Assembly: GCA_030264375.1 (NCBI GenBank)
Contig: JASCQW010000099.1
Span: forward strand, 49,070,630-49,134,629
Direction: 5' to 3'
From: Carcharhinus longimanus
Taxonomy: Eukaryota
Length of the DNA: 64,000 nucleotides
The translations under genes and the position numbers were made by a program. This document shows, one piece after another, positions 13,256 to 27,849 of the stretch (the stretch's first letter is position 1; the number at the start of each line of letters is the position of its first letter). A model generated the notes under the pieces. It saw only the letters and a program-made list of their open reading frames with translations, did not search any database and was not told the origin of the DNA.

Positions 13256-14700
13256 CCAAAACCAACAGTTGGGCTAGGAATTATGGAGCATTTCATACAT
13301 ATTTTGGAATATGTGTGGAAATAATACAAACACAAGGCAAACCTTCAGCAGTATACTTCCAAAAAAGACCAGCTTTTTTGAGCTGTAAATTATGTTAAAA
13401 AGAAAGGATATGAACTTTGAACATTACTGTGTGACCACATGATATTTGTAACTTTGTCTGATCATGAATTTATTACGTCACTTTTTAGAATTCACAGAGA
13501 ATAAATGAATTTATCATTTGTGACCAGAGTGAAAATAATTGAGTGGTGAAATTATGACTTGAAAAAAATAATTTTTTGATTGTGCTGCACATAGAAAATT
13601 AGTCAGCTATTTAAATATAGATTTTTCCTATTTTATATGTGCTTCTCACAATGCGACAGACCTCGAGTAACATGAAAGGGAGTGAGTTATGCATACACAG
13701 AAAATATTAGAAATTTGAGCATAAAATATTGTATGTTTTTTTTCAACTAGTCTTTCTGATGCTGTGCCAGAGAACCATTCCATTCTGTAAACCTATGGCA
13801 GTGTGAAGCTCTTTTGTAATGAGACACCTTATTTGGGGTTTTGAGCTACATTAAATAAAGTCTACATAATATTTGTATTTGGACCTCACCATTATTAGCT
13901 TTTATACATGATGAAGAAAAGTTTTACATAGTTTCTGACGGAACTGTATGAATTTCAAATGGTTGCATCCAAGCATAAACGTTTAGATGCCCAGTCCTAG
14001 ACTTTCACTTGTTAAATAAAGGGACACTGTCAATACAGTGGCCGTTCATCTGTGGCAACAAATATTCAATCTGGCCCAAGTAGGATCATAAACTTTCTGT
14101 TGACTGCAGTGCCCCCTATATGAAATGAAAGAGTAATTTTAATCTCACTCCTATTAGCCACAAGTTGCAAACATAGCTAACTTGGGATTCATAATCAGAA
14201 GTAGCTGTCTTGGGTAGTGTAGAACAGAGGCTTTTCTGAAGTTGTGATGCAGGTACATTTTTAGAGCAAGTGAAACAGTTTACTTTGCATCTGCTTGTGC
14301 TTTCTATGAATCTAGCTAGAGCTAATAAAGCATACACCAGGAGTAAATGTATGATAGAAATATATTAACCGTGCATCATTTCTCAGCACAATAGGTTGTA
14401 CTGGCAATTTTGATCTCAAACATCTGTCAGTGTAGTAATGTGTTGATAGATTTTTTTTACTTTCTTGCCTCTCTGGGTGAAATCTCCTTTATCCACGCAG
14501 CCTTATCACAACCCACAAGAAATGTTGGTACTTTTTGTTGTATCAATAAGACCATTTTTATATATGTCAGAGAAGATTAGGGGCCAAACCCTATTTGATG
14601 CAGAAACTTTGAATTTTTTATTTAAAGCTCCCTTACACATTAAGAGCTGTATGTAAGAGTTTATTCTGGCTGTTTTATTAAATAAAAACAGCTAGAAAAG
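13256..14700 (+). other. PPP2R5A: Probable 3' UTR of PPP2R5A (3' end uncertain)
   Basis: AT-rich, with no recognisable transposon, directly after the stop. AATAAA occurs at 13500, 13854, 14015, 14324 and 14681, the last overlapping an ATTAAA. Confidence 0.6.
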
Positions 14701-16184
14701 GTATGGGAATGTGGCAAAAGCAGTTTGCTGGGGAATTTTGAAAGATTAAGGAGCAAGGATGGGGATATGCGGTTAGTGTATATGTCATTTCGACAGTAAA
14801 TCATCATACATGTTTGATAATCTCTAAAATAATACAGCCTGTTAAAATATGGTAATTTTATTAACGGTCAGAAGATCAAGATCAGCACCTGTGACTGATT
14901 TTTAAATATCCAAACTCGAATGGATTTTCTGTCTTAAACTTTTAAAAAAAAGTCATGATCAAGTGAAATTACTGCTACAGCTGGCGTCTGGGTAGAGCAA
15001 TTAATTGTATCTCTGCAAGTAATTATTTTGGATATGGTAAATAAATATGAATTCGTAGTCCCAATAATTTTATCCATTAGAAAAGATGCAAAACATTTAC
15101 TGATTTCCCTTAATCATTTGCCCATTGGGAGAGATGAATAAATGCACTCAGATGGTTCATAATTACTCTTGCATGACTGTAAAATGATGTACGGTAAAGA
15201 CAGTAAATAGGGAGGAAACTAATTATTTGGAATTTATGACTGGAAGAATTGTAGTCGTATTTTTGTCCCAGATTTTCGGGTTAATGTCACATTAAATGAG
15301 TTACCACTGGTATCTTAAAAATGCTAGTTGTTAAATCTAATTGCTATTGAGCCCAATGATACTTTACAGAGCAGTACAATGATGCAACACTTTTTCTTTC
15401 AGTAACTTTGGCAATGTTAGGAACATGAAAGTAATTCATGGTGTAATCGTTCACCAGTCAGCATTTAACCTGAAAAATTATGGCATTTTCTCTCATTAGT
15501 TGCTGAGGAATAATGCATATTAGTGCCTCACTCAAATCTTTTAAAACATCTGATTCCCCTTTTCTAGTAGTTTCCAGATCTTTGAACTTCCTCTGTGATT
15601 GGAGTAACTGTTTTGTTTTTCTTGTTTATCAAACTGCCAAGGGGCTTGTTTATCGTTCTGATGACTGATCTAATGTGGCCTTTATCTTTGTAGATGCACC
15701 ATTGATTTTACAGAATTTTGTCTTTAATTTCGGTTTTCCTTTTGGTGCAGTGTTTAATTCATTACCATTTTGTTTCTACAAAAATTAGCCTTAAAGTCTG
15801 GTTTCTTCCATGATTTTCTTGCTCTATCTTCCTCTTCTGCTGCCTGCCCCATTGCCATTCAAAGTCCTTGACCTATTTCAATGATGCCCCAAAATATACA
15901 CCAGAACTACTCTGGCAGATAAATAGTTTTTCAATTCTACCAGACACGTTTCCTCTTGATTAATTTCTTGTTTAGTTTTTATTTCTGTGACACTCTGACC
16001 TCAATTGTTACCTTTTCATCCTCGAAATACTGACATTCTACATAGCCATCCTTCACCAGAACTATCTATGGTTCCTTCATTTCTTCCCTGAAAAGTAATC
16101 TAACCCATTTCCATCCACTATTTCTCTCCTCTGCCAGATTCAATTTTTAACCTGGTATAACTCAAAAAGCTCAATCCACTTTAA

Positions 16185-16620
16185 GAACATAAATAGGAGC
16201 AGGAGTAGGTCATCTAGCACTTCAAGCCTGCCCCTCCATTCAATAAGATTATGGCTGATCTGAAGTGGATCAGTTCCACTTTCCCNNNNNNNNNNNNNNN
16301 NNNNNNNNNNNNNNNNNNNNNNNNNNNNNNNNNNNNNNNNNNNNNNNNNNNNNNNNNNNNNNNNNNNNNNNNNNNNNNNNNNNNNATATTTAGTGCTAGT
16401 TTAGCTTCATAGTCTATCTTTCCTTTCTTTATCACCTTCTTAGTCATTCTTTGTTGATTTTTTAAATCTTTCCCAGTCTTCTACTTGCCCACTATTTTTA
16501 GCCACTCTGAACACATCAGTTTTTAATTTAATACTCTCCTTTATTTCCTTCGAAAACCACGGCTGGTTATCCCTTCTCCTACCGTCCTTCTTTACCATCA
16601 GAATTTTTTTTGAGATATGA
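16185..16620 (-). mobile_element. CR1 fragments, antisense, spanning a gap
   Basis: aagaacataaataggagcaggagtagg 3' tail; minus-strand TKKVIKKGKIDYEAKLALN. Confidence 0.7.
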
Positions 16621-16989
16621 GCAAGGAAACCCTCATGCCTGTCTTTTTGATAGATATGTGAATTGTTTTGTTCTTATACTATTCAGGCTTTTTCCCTGAC
16701 CATGTCTTCTGTTCCATTGGCAGCTGTATTGCTATTATTTCCTAACTGTAGTCTGATCTTGAGAATTTCATTCATTCTACATTCAATTAAACCCATTCCT
16801 TCATTTTTGCCTAGTATATATCAGAATCCTCTTTCTGTGCATATCTGGCATAAGTTTTTCATACATTTCAAACTCCATTACTTTTATTTCCTGTGAACTA
16901 TTTCTGTACCTCTTGCTTATATCATTGCATCTTCTGGCAGATCCACTTTTCTCACCAGTGCTTCTGAAATTTCATTTCACTGAACCAAG

Positions 16990-17585
16990 GTTTCATCTCA
17001 CCAGTGTTTGCAGAAAGGATTCTTGACTAAATCTGCCTCACTTCCCATATTTCTGCTCTCATCCCTCCTCTTCCCTTCGCAACATCTTCCACCTTGTTAA
17101 TGTCCACATTTGCCTTCTAGCATCTAATATAATTCCACACAAAGTGCATCTGTTTCCTCTCCACACCCTGCTGTCCGGAGGAATTGTTCAAATTTCCCTA
17201 GTTCCAACTTCCAGTCAACCTTGTACTTTGTTGTGCAAGTGCAGCCAATAAAGCAACAGTTATTTCAACCCCCACCATATAATCACTGTCCAGAGACCTA
17301 AACTCCTCCCTTCACATACCTTGTGCAACCCAGAATTCTTTACCAATTTAGTTCTGAATTAGGAAGATAAGTTTTCATTGCTGGCAAGTGTGTTCCCATC
17401 CATTTCAATGCAGACCTCTCAATTTTGCCTCCCTGCAATGCTCCAACCAGACTTGACACAGGCTTTAGGAATAGAGTCCTATTTATTGTGGGTACTCAAT
17501 CTGATCTGAACATTAATTTTAGTAATGTCACACCTTAGTTACATCTGTATTTCCTTTGTAGAATTCTGCTATTTGCATGTTTTTA
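16990..17585. mobile_element. Decayed Penelope-like element fragment
   Basis: Pyrimidine-rich sequence collinear and similar to 45830-46510. Confidence 0.45.
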
Positions 17586-19819
17586 TTTTTATTAATGATG
17601 CATAATATGTTATATTTGATGGAGCCCATGAAGTGGTCTGGATAGCATATAGTCCAAGTTGTGTATCAAATGAAACTTTTACATTAGTCATATAATACAA
17701 TCTAACCTGTTTGGTTTTTTTACACTAAAAATAGGTGGAATAAGTAGTATAGTTTTCTGTTTGGGACATTTTTTGTTTCCTGTCAGCGGAATGAACATCT
17801 TGTTTATATTTTTAATTTGAAACAATTGGATAATTTTAAATTGCAATGGTAGTGTCTTATTTGTAGGATAATTCCTCATTTATTGAACTCAGCTCTGAAT
17901 AGACAGTTCATTCAAACTCTTCAGAAATGCCACTCATAAGAAATAGAAGAGTTGGCCATATAGCCCCTCAAGCCTGCTCTACCATTAGATATCATGACTT
18001 TCCTGCCTTCTCTCCATGTCCTGTGATTCCCTGAAAGACCAAAAATCTGCATCCCTACCTGAAATTCACAGCAATGGAACATCCAGAACCCAATCCAACA
18101 ATGCACAACCCTTTAAGTGAAAAAAATTCTCTTCACTGTCCTGAAATTATGCTCTCATATTTTGATTCTCCAGCCAGGGGAAACAACCCCTTAATTCTAC
18201 GCAGCCAGGCTTCACAGCCCATCCTATCTAATTGCATTTCTGTAATCTTGTTTGAGTTCTGCAAATGTGTCACTACCTCCATTACATTCCTATCCTTAAA
18301 TTTTCTTATTTGAAACCCTTCAATCTGGTTTCCAATCTGCACAGAAACTGTCTTGGCCAAAATTACATCCTCTGTGCCTACCTTGTATACTATCTCTACA
18401 CAGCTTCTTGTGGAATCTGATAATAGTTTACACCATGCATTTCCATTAATTAACTAACTGCGACTGCTCTTGCATGTTCCAATTTCTGCATGCCTGAATA
18501 CAATCAGCATATCTTCATCATTATTTTTCTTCTCTGTACAATCATCTCTGGATTCCTTGAAGGATCTACACTTGGCTGTCATGGTGCATCTTGGTGGCAT
18601 CATCTACAGGCATGGAATTATTCACCAGTCTGAATGATGTGTAATTCGCCCTGGTATTTCTTCTGTATCTGATAACTTTTATGAAATCAGATTATTGGAT
18701 AACAAGTGACAGATGACTCAACATTTTCTCTGTCACAAAGTCTGTAGCCATCATTTTCAATAGCTGAAATTAACTTCTTTCTTCTAACGCCAATCGACCT
18801 TCCTGGTTACTAGCTTATGAATTCTGCTAATTCTTCATTTTTTGAACTCTGGTCTGACTAGAGTTCATTCAAAGCCACCTCTTCCTGAACCAAACTCCAC
18901 AAAATCCAAAATTGAGCTTCTAACCTCAATTCACCCACTTCCCTATTTCTCACCCCATCATTGGTGAAATCTTATCTCCACTTTCGGCATTCCTAGATAT
19001 AGAGTAGAAATTTATCACTGCTACAAACAGCAAGCACCCAATTGGATTTGAACTCTCAGGAGTATTATTTATTTCATATTAGTTCATTGAAGAGGTTGAC
19101 ATTTATCTTGTTTGAAAACTTAAGCTTATAAAAAGATTTATATATTGTGAAAATATTGATCACTTGCGACATGCAAATAAAAGTATTTTTGATGGTTGAA
19201 ATTGTGGAATGAATAAAGCAAACACAGCTCAATGTGTTTTAATCTGTAGAAGTTATAATCTGTTGAACTCCATAAGGACAAGCCTTTCCAATCAAAATAG
19301 GATGGCACATGCAAAAACATGGGAGTTATCAACTGATAGAATCTTAACTAATTGTTCAGTTTGACTGATCCAGTTCTTGACTGCCATTTAGATTTCAAGC
19401 TGTTTGAAGCTTTAAAACTCTGGTTTTAATTGGCAAATTATAAAATCATTTTGAACAAGCAGTAAGCATCCTATTTGTTAGCCAAACATAATTAAGTGTT
19501 TTTACTTTTTAATCAGATGAATTATGATTTAATATAAACTCCAAACCTTTGCATTTGATTGTTTCAAAGCACAAACTGAATCTTATTAAAGAACATCAAG
19601 AGATTTGACAATCCTTTCTCTTCTGTTGATATGATAAATTATTTATATCAGAGATTCAATGCATTATTTTCTCAATATTTGATGCTAATAATGCAATGTA
19701 TTAAATTAAAATTTTTCACGTACATTGAGGCCTTTGAAAATCTGAGCCGTTTAAATCTATTTACAGACTTGTCTGACTGGACGTCTTTCCCTAACCCCCT
19801 CCTCTTTCCTCTAAGACAC

Positions 19820-21780
19820 TCCTCAAAACATAAGAGCAGGAATAGATTGTTCAAGTCTGCTCCGCTATTCATTACAATCGTGACTGATCATCGGATTCAC
19901 TACCCTGATCCTGTCTTCCCTCCACATCCCTTGATCCTTTCTTGAAGTCACACAATGTTTTGGCCTGTGATCATGAATTCCACAAATACAGGCCTTTCTG
20001 GATGAAGAAATTTCTCCTTGCCTCAGTCCTAAAAGGTTTATCCTTTATCCTCTAGCTGTAACCTCTTGGTCTGGACTGCCCCACCATCAGGAACATTCCT
20101 TCTGAATCTACCCTGTCTAATCCTGTAAGAATTTTATAGGTTTCTCTGAGATCCCTGGTCAATCTTCTAAACTCCAATGAATATTACCCTAAGTGTCTCG
20201 TATGACAGTCCTGCCATCCCAGGAATCAGCCTGATAAATTTTCCCTGCCCTCCCTCTATAGCAAGAACATCTGCCCTTAGATAAGGACACCAAAACTGCA
20301 CAGAGTACTTGTGCTGTGGCCTCACCAATGCCTTATACAATTACAGTAAAACATCCCTATTTTTATACACAAATCCTCTCGCTTTGAAGGCCAACATACA
20401 ATTTGACGCCTTTACTGCCTGCTGTATCTGCATGCTTATTTTCAGTGACTGATGCACACTGACACCAAAGCCTTGCTGAGTATCTACCTCTCAGTTTACA
20501 CCCATTCAAATAATAATGTGCTTCTATTTTTGCTTTTATCTCTGTGGCTTGGTGTCAAATGCTGCTTTATAACATTTCTGTGAAGCACCTTAGAACATTA
20601 TTACAATAAAACCAAGTGTTTTTGTTGAACAAGTTAGGGCAGGTCAGAAATGTAAACAATTTGTCATCTTCAGAAGCCTTATTACATTTTACAGTGATTC
20701 AGATATTTGTAGGCTTGCACTTGGAATCATACAGTTAGAAGGTCATTCAACCCACTTTGTCTGTGCCAGCGCTCTAAAAGAGCTATCCAATTAGTTACAC
20801 CCCACTGCTTCTTCCCAATAGTTCTGCGTACTTATCCTTTAACTATTTATTCAAATCCCTTTTGTAAATTACAATTAAAGCTACACTTTCAGGTATCACT
20901 ATACAGATTGTAACAACTCATTACAGAAAGAAAAGTTCTTTTAACTCCCTGTTGGACTTTTTTTGGTAAATATGTTGAATCTATGTTCTTTAGAATAATG
21001 CTCCTGCCAATGTCAAGTGGAAAAGTTTGATTTCTCTATCAACATACTTCCTAATTTTGAACACACCTGTGAAATATCTGCTTAACTTTCTTTATTATGG
21101 AGAGAACAATCTCAGCTTCTTTTGTCTCTCCATATAACTGAAGTCCCTCATTCCTAGTATCATTCTAATGAATCACCACTGAATCTCTCCAATGCCTTGA
21201 CACTCTTTCTGTAGTTGAACACAAATATTCCAGTTGAGACTAATTTATTAAGGTCTTATTAGTTAAATACTTCCTCGTACTTTGCCTCTGTTAATAAGGC
21301 TACAGTTCCCATGTTCTCTTAACATCAATGTCAACTTGTCCTGCCACCTTCAAAGATATGTATGAGGACCCCACGATCTCCATTCCTGCAACCCTTTTAA
21401 AATTGTACCATTTTAATTTATATTCCTGTCAATTCTTCCTTCCAAAATGAATCACTCTGTATTAAATTCTGTTTGCCATGTGTCTGCCCATTTCATTAGC
21501 CTATGTCTTATTGAAATTTATTTCTACCCCCCCACCCCCACTGTCAATGCTTATTACATTGTGAAAACTTTGAATTTATGCCACACATGCTGAAGGCTAG
21601 GTCATTAATATATATCAAGAAGATCAATATTACAAATATTGATCTCTGAAGATATCTCAGTGTACTTGAAAAACAATTGTTCATCACTACTCCCTGCTTT
21701 TGTGTCTCAGCCAGGCTGCCACTGCTTCTTTATTCCCATGGCCTTCAATTTTGCTTGCAAATCTATTATCCTTATACATA
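19820..21780 (-). mobile_element. Two antisense CR1 3' fragments (about 19820-20530 and 20730-21780)
   Basis: Reverse complements of the CR1 RT C-terminus and 3' UTR (caaaactgcacagagtact, tcctgccaccttcaaagat). Confidence 0.75.
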
Positions 21781-22719
21781 ATTAACCATACTACCTTCCC
21801 AGGGCAAATTTCAAAGTGAAGGAGATTGTCTATTAGCACAAGGCCAGACTACTTGACTTACAAATTAATCAGAATATAAGTTTTCTGGGAGGGAATGGAA
21901 TTGCCTGTACTCAGTGCATTAACAGTTACTTGGAGTCCAATCAATGTAAAAATTGTATACAATAATTCCTTCTATTGCACTTTATTTTTAGATAATTACC
22001 AAACTGTTTGCAAACCCCTTTCCCAATTATCCTTCTGTTTGCTGACTGACATTGGCTCCTGGTTACCTTGATTTTAAAATTCTCATCCTTGTTTTAGAAT
22101 CTCTCCGATCTTGCCTACCCTATATATTAAAATCTCATTCAGCCCACAATCTTCCAAGATATTTTTGAGCATCTTCAATATTAATTATGCCACTATTCAT
22201 GACTGTGTCTGTGATAGCTTGGGCCCTTCACTCTGGGCATTTCTCCTTAAACTCTACCACTCCCTCATTTTCTTCTTTAGGATGCTTCTTAAAACCTCTC
22301 TTTGATCAAATTTTCAGTCATCTGTCCAAATTTCTCTGTGGCTTGGTGTCGTATTTTGTTCTGTAATATTACTATGAAGCACCTTGGGAAATTTTGTCAA
22401 AGGTGCTATATAAATATGAGTTATGACAGATAGTTGAAGCACATCTGCTAACCAGAGCATTCTCCCCAGGTCCTGCTACACTTGGACATGAACTGCTTCA
22501 GTACCTGAGGAGTTACAAATGGTGCTGAACCTTGTACAGTGATTTGTGAACATCCCCACTTCTGACCTTGTGATGGGAGGAAGGCCATTGATGAAGCAGC
22601 TGAAGATGGTTGGGCCTAGGATGAACTCCTACAGTGATGAGTGAGCTCCAACTACCACAACCATCTTTTTTTGGGCCACATATGACTCCAACCAGGAGGG
22701 TTTTCCCCCTTATTCCCAC

Positions 22720-23962
22720 TGATAAGGTAGCGCATGGTAGGTTGTTACATAAAGTTAAATCTCACATGGTCCAGGGTGACGTATCTAAATGGATACAAAA
22801 TTGACTTCTGGGTGAAGAGTTGTTTTTCAAACTGGAGGCCTGTGACCAGTGGTGTGCCTCAGGTATCAGTGCTGGGCCCACTGTTATTTGTCATTTATAT
22901 TAATGATTTGTATGAGAATATAGGAGGCATGGTTCGTAAATTTGCAGATGACACCAAGATTGGTGGCATAATGGACAGTGAAGAAAGTTATCTCCAATTG
23001 CAATGGGATCGTGATCAATTGGGCCAGTGGGCTGATGAATGGCAGATAATTTAGACAAATGCGAGTTCGTGCATTTTGGTAGATTGAATCAGGGCAGGAC
23101 TTACTCAGTTAATGGTAGGGCGTTGGGGCTTTACAGAACAAAGAGATCTAGGGGTACATGTTCATTTCTCCTTGAAAGCAGATAGAGTGGTGAAGAAGGC
23201 ATTTGGCATGCTTGGTTTCATCGGTTAGAATATTGAATACAGGAGTTGGGACGCCTTGTTGAAGTTGTACAAGACATTGATTGGTAAGGCCACACTTGGA
23301 ATAGTGTGTGCAATTCTGGTCACCCTATTATAGAAAGGATATTATTAAACTAGAAANNNNNNNNNNNNNNNNNNNNNNNNNNNNNNNNNNNNNNNNNNNN
23401 NNNNNNNNNNNNNNNNNNNNNNNNNNNNNNNNNNNNNNNNNNNNNNNNNNNNNNNNGATATTATTAAACTAGAAAGAGTGCAAAAAAGATTTACTAGGAT
23501 ACTACCAGGACTTGATGGATTGAGTTATAAGGAGAGGCTGAATAACTGAGACTTTTTTTTCTGGAGTGTAGGAAGCTGAGGGGTGATCTTATAGAGGAAT
23601 ATAAAATAATGAGGGGCATAGACAAGGTAGATAGTTAATGTCTTTCCCCAAAGGTAGGGGAGTCTAAAACTAGAGGGCATAGGTTTAAGGTAAGAGGGGA
23701 GAGATACGAAAGAGTCCAGAGGGGCAATTTTTTCACAGAAGTGGTGAGTGTCTGGAATAAGCTGCCAGAGGTAGTAGTAAAGGAGGGTACAATTTTATCT
23801 TTTAAAAAGCATTTTGATAGTTACATGGGTACAATGGGTATAGAGGGATATGGGCCAAATGCAGGCAATTGGGATCAGCTTAGGGGTTTACAAAAAAAGG
23901 GGTGGTATGGACAAGTTGGGCCAAAGGGCCTGTTTCCTTGCTGTAAACCTCTATGACTCTAT
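22720..23962 (+). mobile_element. 5'-truncated CR1 (RT to 3' tail) inserted into an older antisense LINE (22450-22720 and 23963-24420)
   Basis: Motifs VTSGVPQVSVLGPLLFVIYINDL, KFADDTKIGG and VSVWNKLPEVVV; tail ctctatgactctatg. Confidence 0.9.
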
Positions 23963-26900
23963 GCCTCTTTATGCCACTCTGTCAAATGCTGCCTCGATAT
24001 CAAGGGCACTCTCACCTTACCTCTGGAATTCAGCTCTTTTGTCCATGTTTGAACCAAGGCTGTAACTAAGGCCCTGGAGGAACCCGAACTGAGCATCCAT
24101 GAGCAGGTTATTGCTGAATAATTGCTGCATGGTAGCGCTGTTGATGACCTCTATCATCACTGCTGATGACAGCGAGTAGATTGATGGGGCAGGAATTTGC
24201 CTGGTTTTTGTGTACAAGACATATTTCAGCAATTTTCCATTCTTATAGGTGTATTGGAACAGCTTGTCTTGGGATGTGGCAATTTCTGGAGCAGCTATTT
24301 TCAGGACAATAGCTGGAATATTGTCAGAATCAATAGCCTTTGCAATATCAAGTGCCTTCAGCTGTTTTTGATATCAATAAGTGAATTGAATTGGTTGGCA
24401 TTTCTGGTGTTGGGGACTTCACTTCTCAGAAACCAAAAAACATTCTAAAGTTAGTATTTTAACCCCCGTAAGGAGTGATTCAAATACCACCGTTTTCAAG
24501 AATTGTGCTGTCTTTGTCTTGCTGCATCAGTTAACTATACTGAGACCTGACTTTTATCCACCCCCACCCCCGGCAGGTTCTGAGGGGGATGAAATTTCTT
24601 CACAATGTTGTGCATTTTTGGAAATTTCTGCTCCAGAGCATTGACAATAAGTATTTTCAAGACTGCAATCAATAGATTTGTTTTACACCAAGGGAATTGA
24701 GAGATAGGACAGGAAAATAGAGTTGACTTGGATGTTCAGCAAATATCTTACCGAATGGCTGAACAGGCTCAATAAGCTCTGTGGCAAATTAGAGCATGTG
24801 GATCTTGGGCAGCCTTGTACAGGGGTGCAAAGTTCAATTTGTAAGATTTTTTGCCTTTGAAAATGATTTTCATTTGTGAACACAAGAAGGTTCAGTGAAA
24901 TAAGCCAAAGTATAAAATATCACTGGACTTTCCCTTTCATTACTTTAGGAATTTCAGATTCAGTTTGGAAGAATCAAGAGCTGAAATCCGTCAAACTGAA
25001 GTACATACAATTTAGAGATCAGATGGATTTCCTTAGTGATGGTGATAAAAATCACAAAATACACCATTATACGGAATAAACCCTGGGCAATCTAAGGAGT
25101 CCAAAGAAAGTGTAGTTCCATGGTGCTCTCCAAGTAAAAATGGCTAACCAATTATTTTTTTAAATTCATTCATGGTATATGGACATCTCTGGGAAGGTCA
25201 GCATTTAAAACCCATCCCTAAATGTCATTCAGATGGTAGTGAGCTGCCTTCTTGAATTACTGTGTATTTATGCTCACCTCAAAACCAGAGAATCCCACCT
25301 GAGGTCACAGGACCTTTGCATGGCCTGCCCCTCCGCCAGCTACAATTCCTGTGGCAGGCGGGATGGGATAATTCCAACCATATTGTTCAATAGTGAAACA
25401 GGTATTTCATTAATTAGATATCCTTCTGTTTAGATACAAAAGAATTCCAACAGCAACAATAACTCAGCCCTACTTTTGGAAAAAAAAACTGATGCTAAAA
25501 AGAAAACATTATAAGCATCTCTCATTAATTTCCAAACTTGTGTGTTTAAAAGATTTTAAAACAATTTAGAATGGTTCACACAACACAAAAGATTGTCACA
25601 ATAAACAAGATTAATTAATTGTTGTAGTTTAATAATGAATATCAGGCCACCAAACAACATTTCAACTTCATCTAGAGATCTGAAACAAATCCGAGAGAGA
25701 AATTAGTTCAGGTACATCTAACTTCCAGGACTAGCATTATAACCAGTTAACACATATATCTTAAGTCACTGCTTAGCCTGTTTCAAAACAAACTTTTTCA
25801 CAATTACAGATACAGTCCTTAAGTATAAGATTCATTTATCAATTTGAGTACTGTGGAAGAAATGCTGTTTGATAAAAACGGGGTCTATCTTAACCATTTT
25901 ACATGATGTAGTTTCATTATAAAGACAGATGTATCACTGCCTTTTGTCAGTATTCCTTTTATCCAAAATTATGTTTAAAGTTCAATCATGGGACGTGGGC
26001 ATTTGCCGACAATATTGACGATTCCTAACTGCTTGAGAGAAGGTGATAGTAAGCTGCAGTTGTGTGATGACGGTACTTCAGCCGTGCTGGTAAGTGGAAA
26101 ACTCCTGGATTTTGACCCAGTGATGATGAAGGAACAGCGGTATTGTGTATAACTTAGAGAGGAATTGGCCAGTGGTGGTGTGCCCATGCACCTTNNNNNN
26201 NNNNGATTTAGATGCATGAACACTTGTTGAGATTTAGATCTTGTGTGTGTTCTTTCAAATGTTACTGTTGATAATTAATAAGATACTATTGTGTTTACCA
26301 GAAATCAAACTTAAGCTGTCGTGGCTCTGTGTCCTGAATGCATGTATCAGGAAAAGGATCAAACTTTTACAGTGGATGGAAAGCACTGCCCGGAGCTTTT
26401 TCTTCTTTTTAAAAAAATACAAACTCTGAATGTGAAAATCACTGGGCGTTCTAATGCACTGCCAGTTCAAATCCAGTGAAAGAGTGATGGAAAATCCAGA
26501 AATTAGGCCACAAGCTGGGCAACAGTCTTCACTGTCAGTTACAACAGGGCCTTATTTGTGACTGAACTTCCATCATTTAAACAAATGTCAGGTTGATGTT
26601 GGAGGGGGAGGAACTTCCCAGCCCGATGTGCTTTTGTTCCTAGTTTAACAGCAAGAGTCAGTATATCCTGTATAATTGACGCCAGTGTAGCTGATAAAGA
26701 TACAGGCTTGGATTCTCATCTGAATTCCTGGGAAAAGAATTCTGGACAGGACTTTTTCCCTGTCCCCTTTCGAAAGTGAGCTGAGAAATTCCAATGAACC
26801 AGCATGGACAGGGTGGGGTGGTGGCACAAGTGTTACAGGTATGGCATCAGCCCTCTTCTGCCTCCTTCCTGCAAAGTGAGCAGTCATTTCTACATTCTAC

Positions 26901-27849
26901 AGCTTCCCCAAGCTTACAGGAATCAGAAATAACCTCTATTGCAGAAAGGCCCACCTGGATTATCAAAAATAGGATCCTCCCCCAGTGTGAGGTGGGTTTT
27001 ACAGTGCAGCAGACAGGAAAGTGTTGAGGTCACAATCAGATTAACCATGATCTTATCAAATGGCAGAGCAGGCTCTGGAGGCCAAATTGCCTAACCTGCT
27101 CCTAATCCTTGTGCGGCAGGGTAATCAGAGATAAGGGTGTATTCAGACCTACTGAAGGAGGCCGACTCCTGGGATTTTCCAATCAGCGCGCAGGTTCCTA
27201 GCAACGTTGGGTCAGTTTTTACTCGACTGGAGGTGACTTCCCAGCAACACTCTATGGGATGGGATCAGTATTCCAGAGAGGCCTGGAGGCCATCCTTTTG
27301 TGCCATCTGGATACAGCAGTAGTAGCCACTGTCTCCAAAAGGAATTTGTTTTTAATTTAAGAAGGTTGGAGAGAGAGGGCTATTTTGAAAAGCTCCTTTC
27401 CATACTTATTCACCATGTTATCCGGCTCCTATTTAAGCTGGAAGGACTCTGATTACCCTCTTAACTTCGAGCCTATCCGCCATCTTTAACAGGGCAAACC
27501 CTCCTTCTGATTAACTAGCCACTCTGGGGAAATTCACAGGTGAATAGCTGTTGTCCCACACAGTACTGGCTTCTGACCCTTACTTGAAACTGAAGGCTAT
27601 GTTTAGAAACTGGCAGAGAAAAAAAAAATGTCTGAATCATGAAGTAGCTGTTATAAGAAGTGGATTCAACACCAAGTTATTTGTAGAAAAAAAGTCCATG
27701 AAAGGTGAAAGTGAGAGATAAAAAGAAAAAAGTTTGTAAAAATTATTTTTAAAAAATCTCCAGTAATTAAAATCTGAAAGAACGAGAATCCACACGTGCA
27801 AAATCTCCTTTTCAGTGCCAGAGAGATTGTTTGACAGTAACTAAGATTT

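Noticed and set aside
13253-13262. Stop-codon readthrough or selenocysteine at the PPP2R5A TGA
   Set aside because: The context is TGA-CCA rather than TGA-CTAG, the protein ends where orthologues end, and I recognised no SECIS.
23338-23475. gatattattaaactagaaa on both sides of an N run
   Set aside because: This is a contig overlap across a false gap inside a CR1, an assembly artefact.
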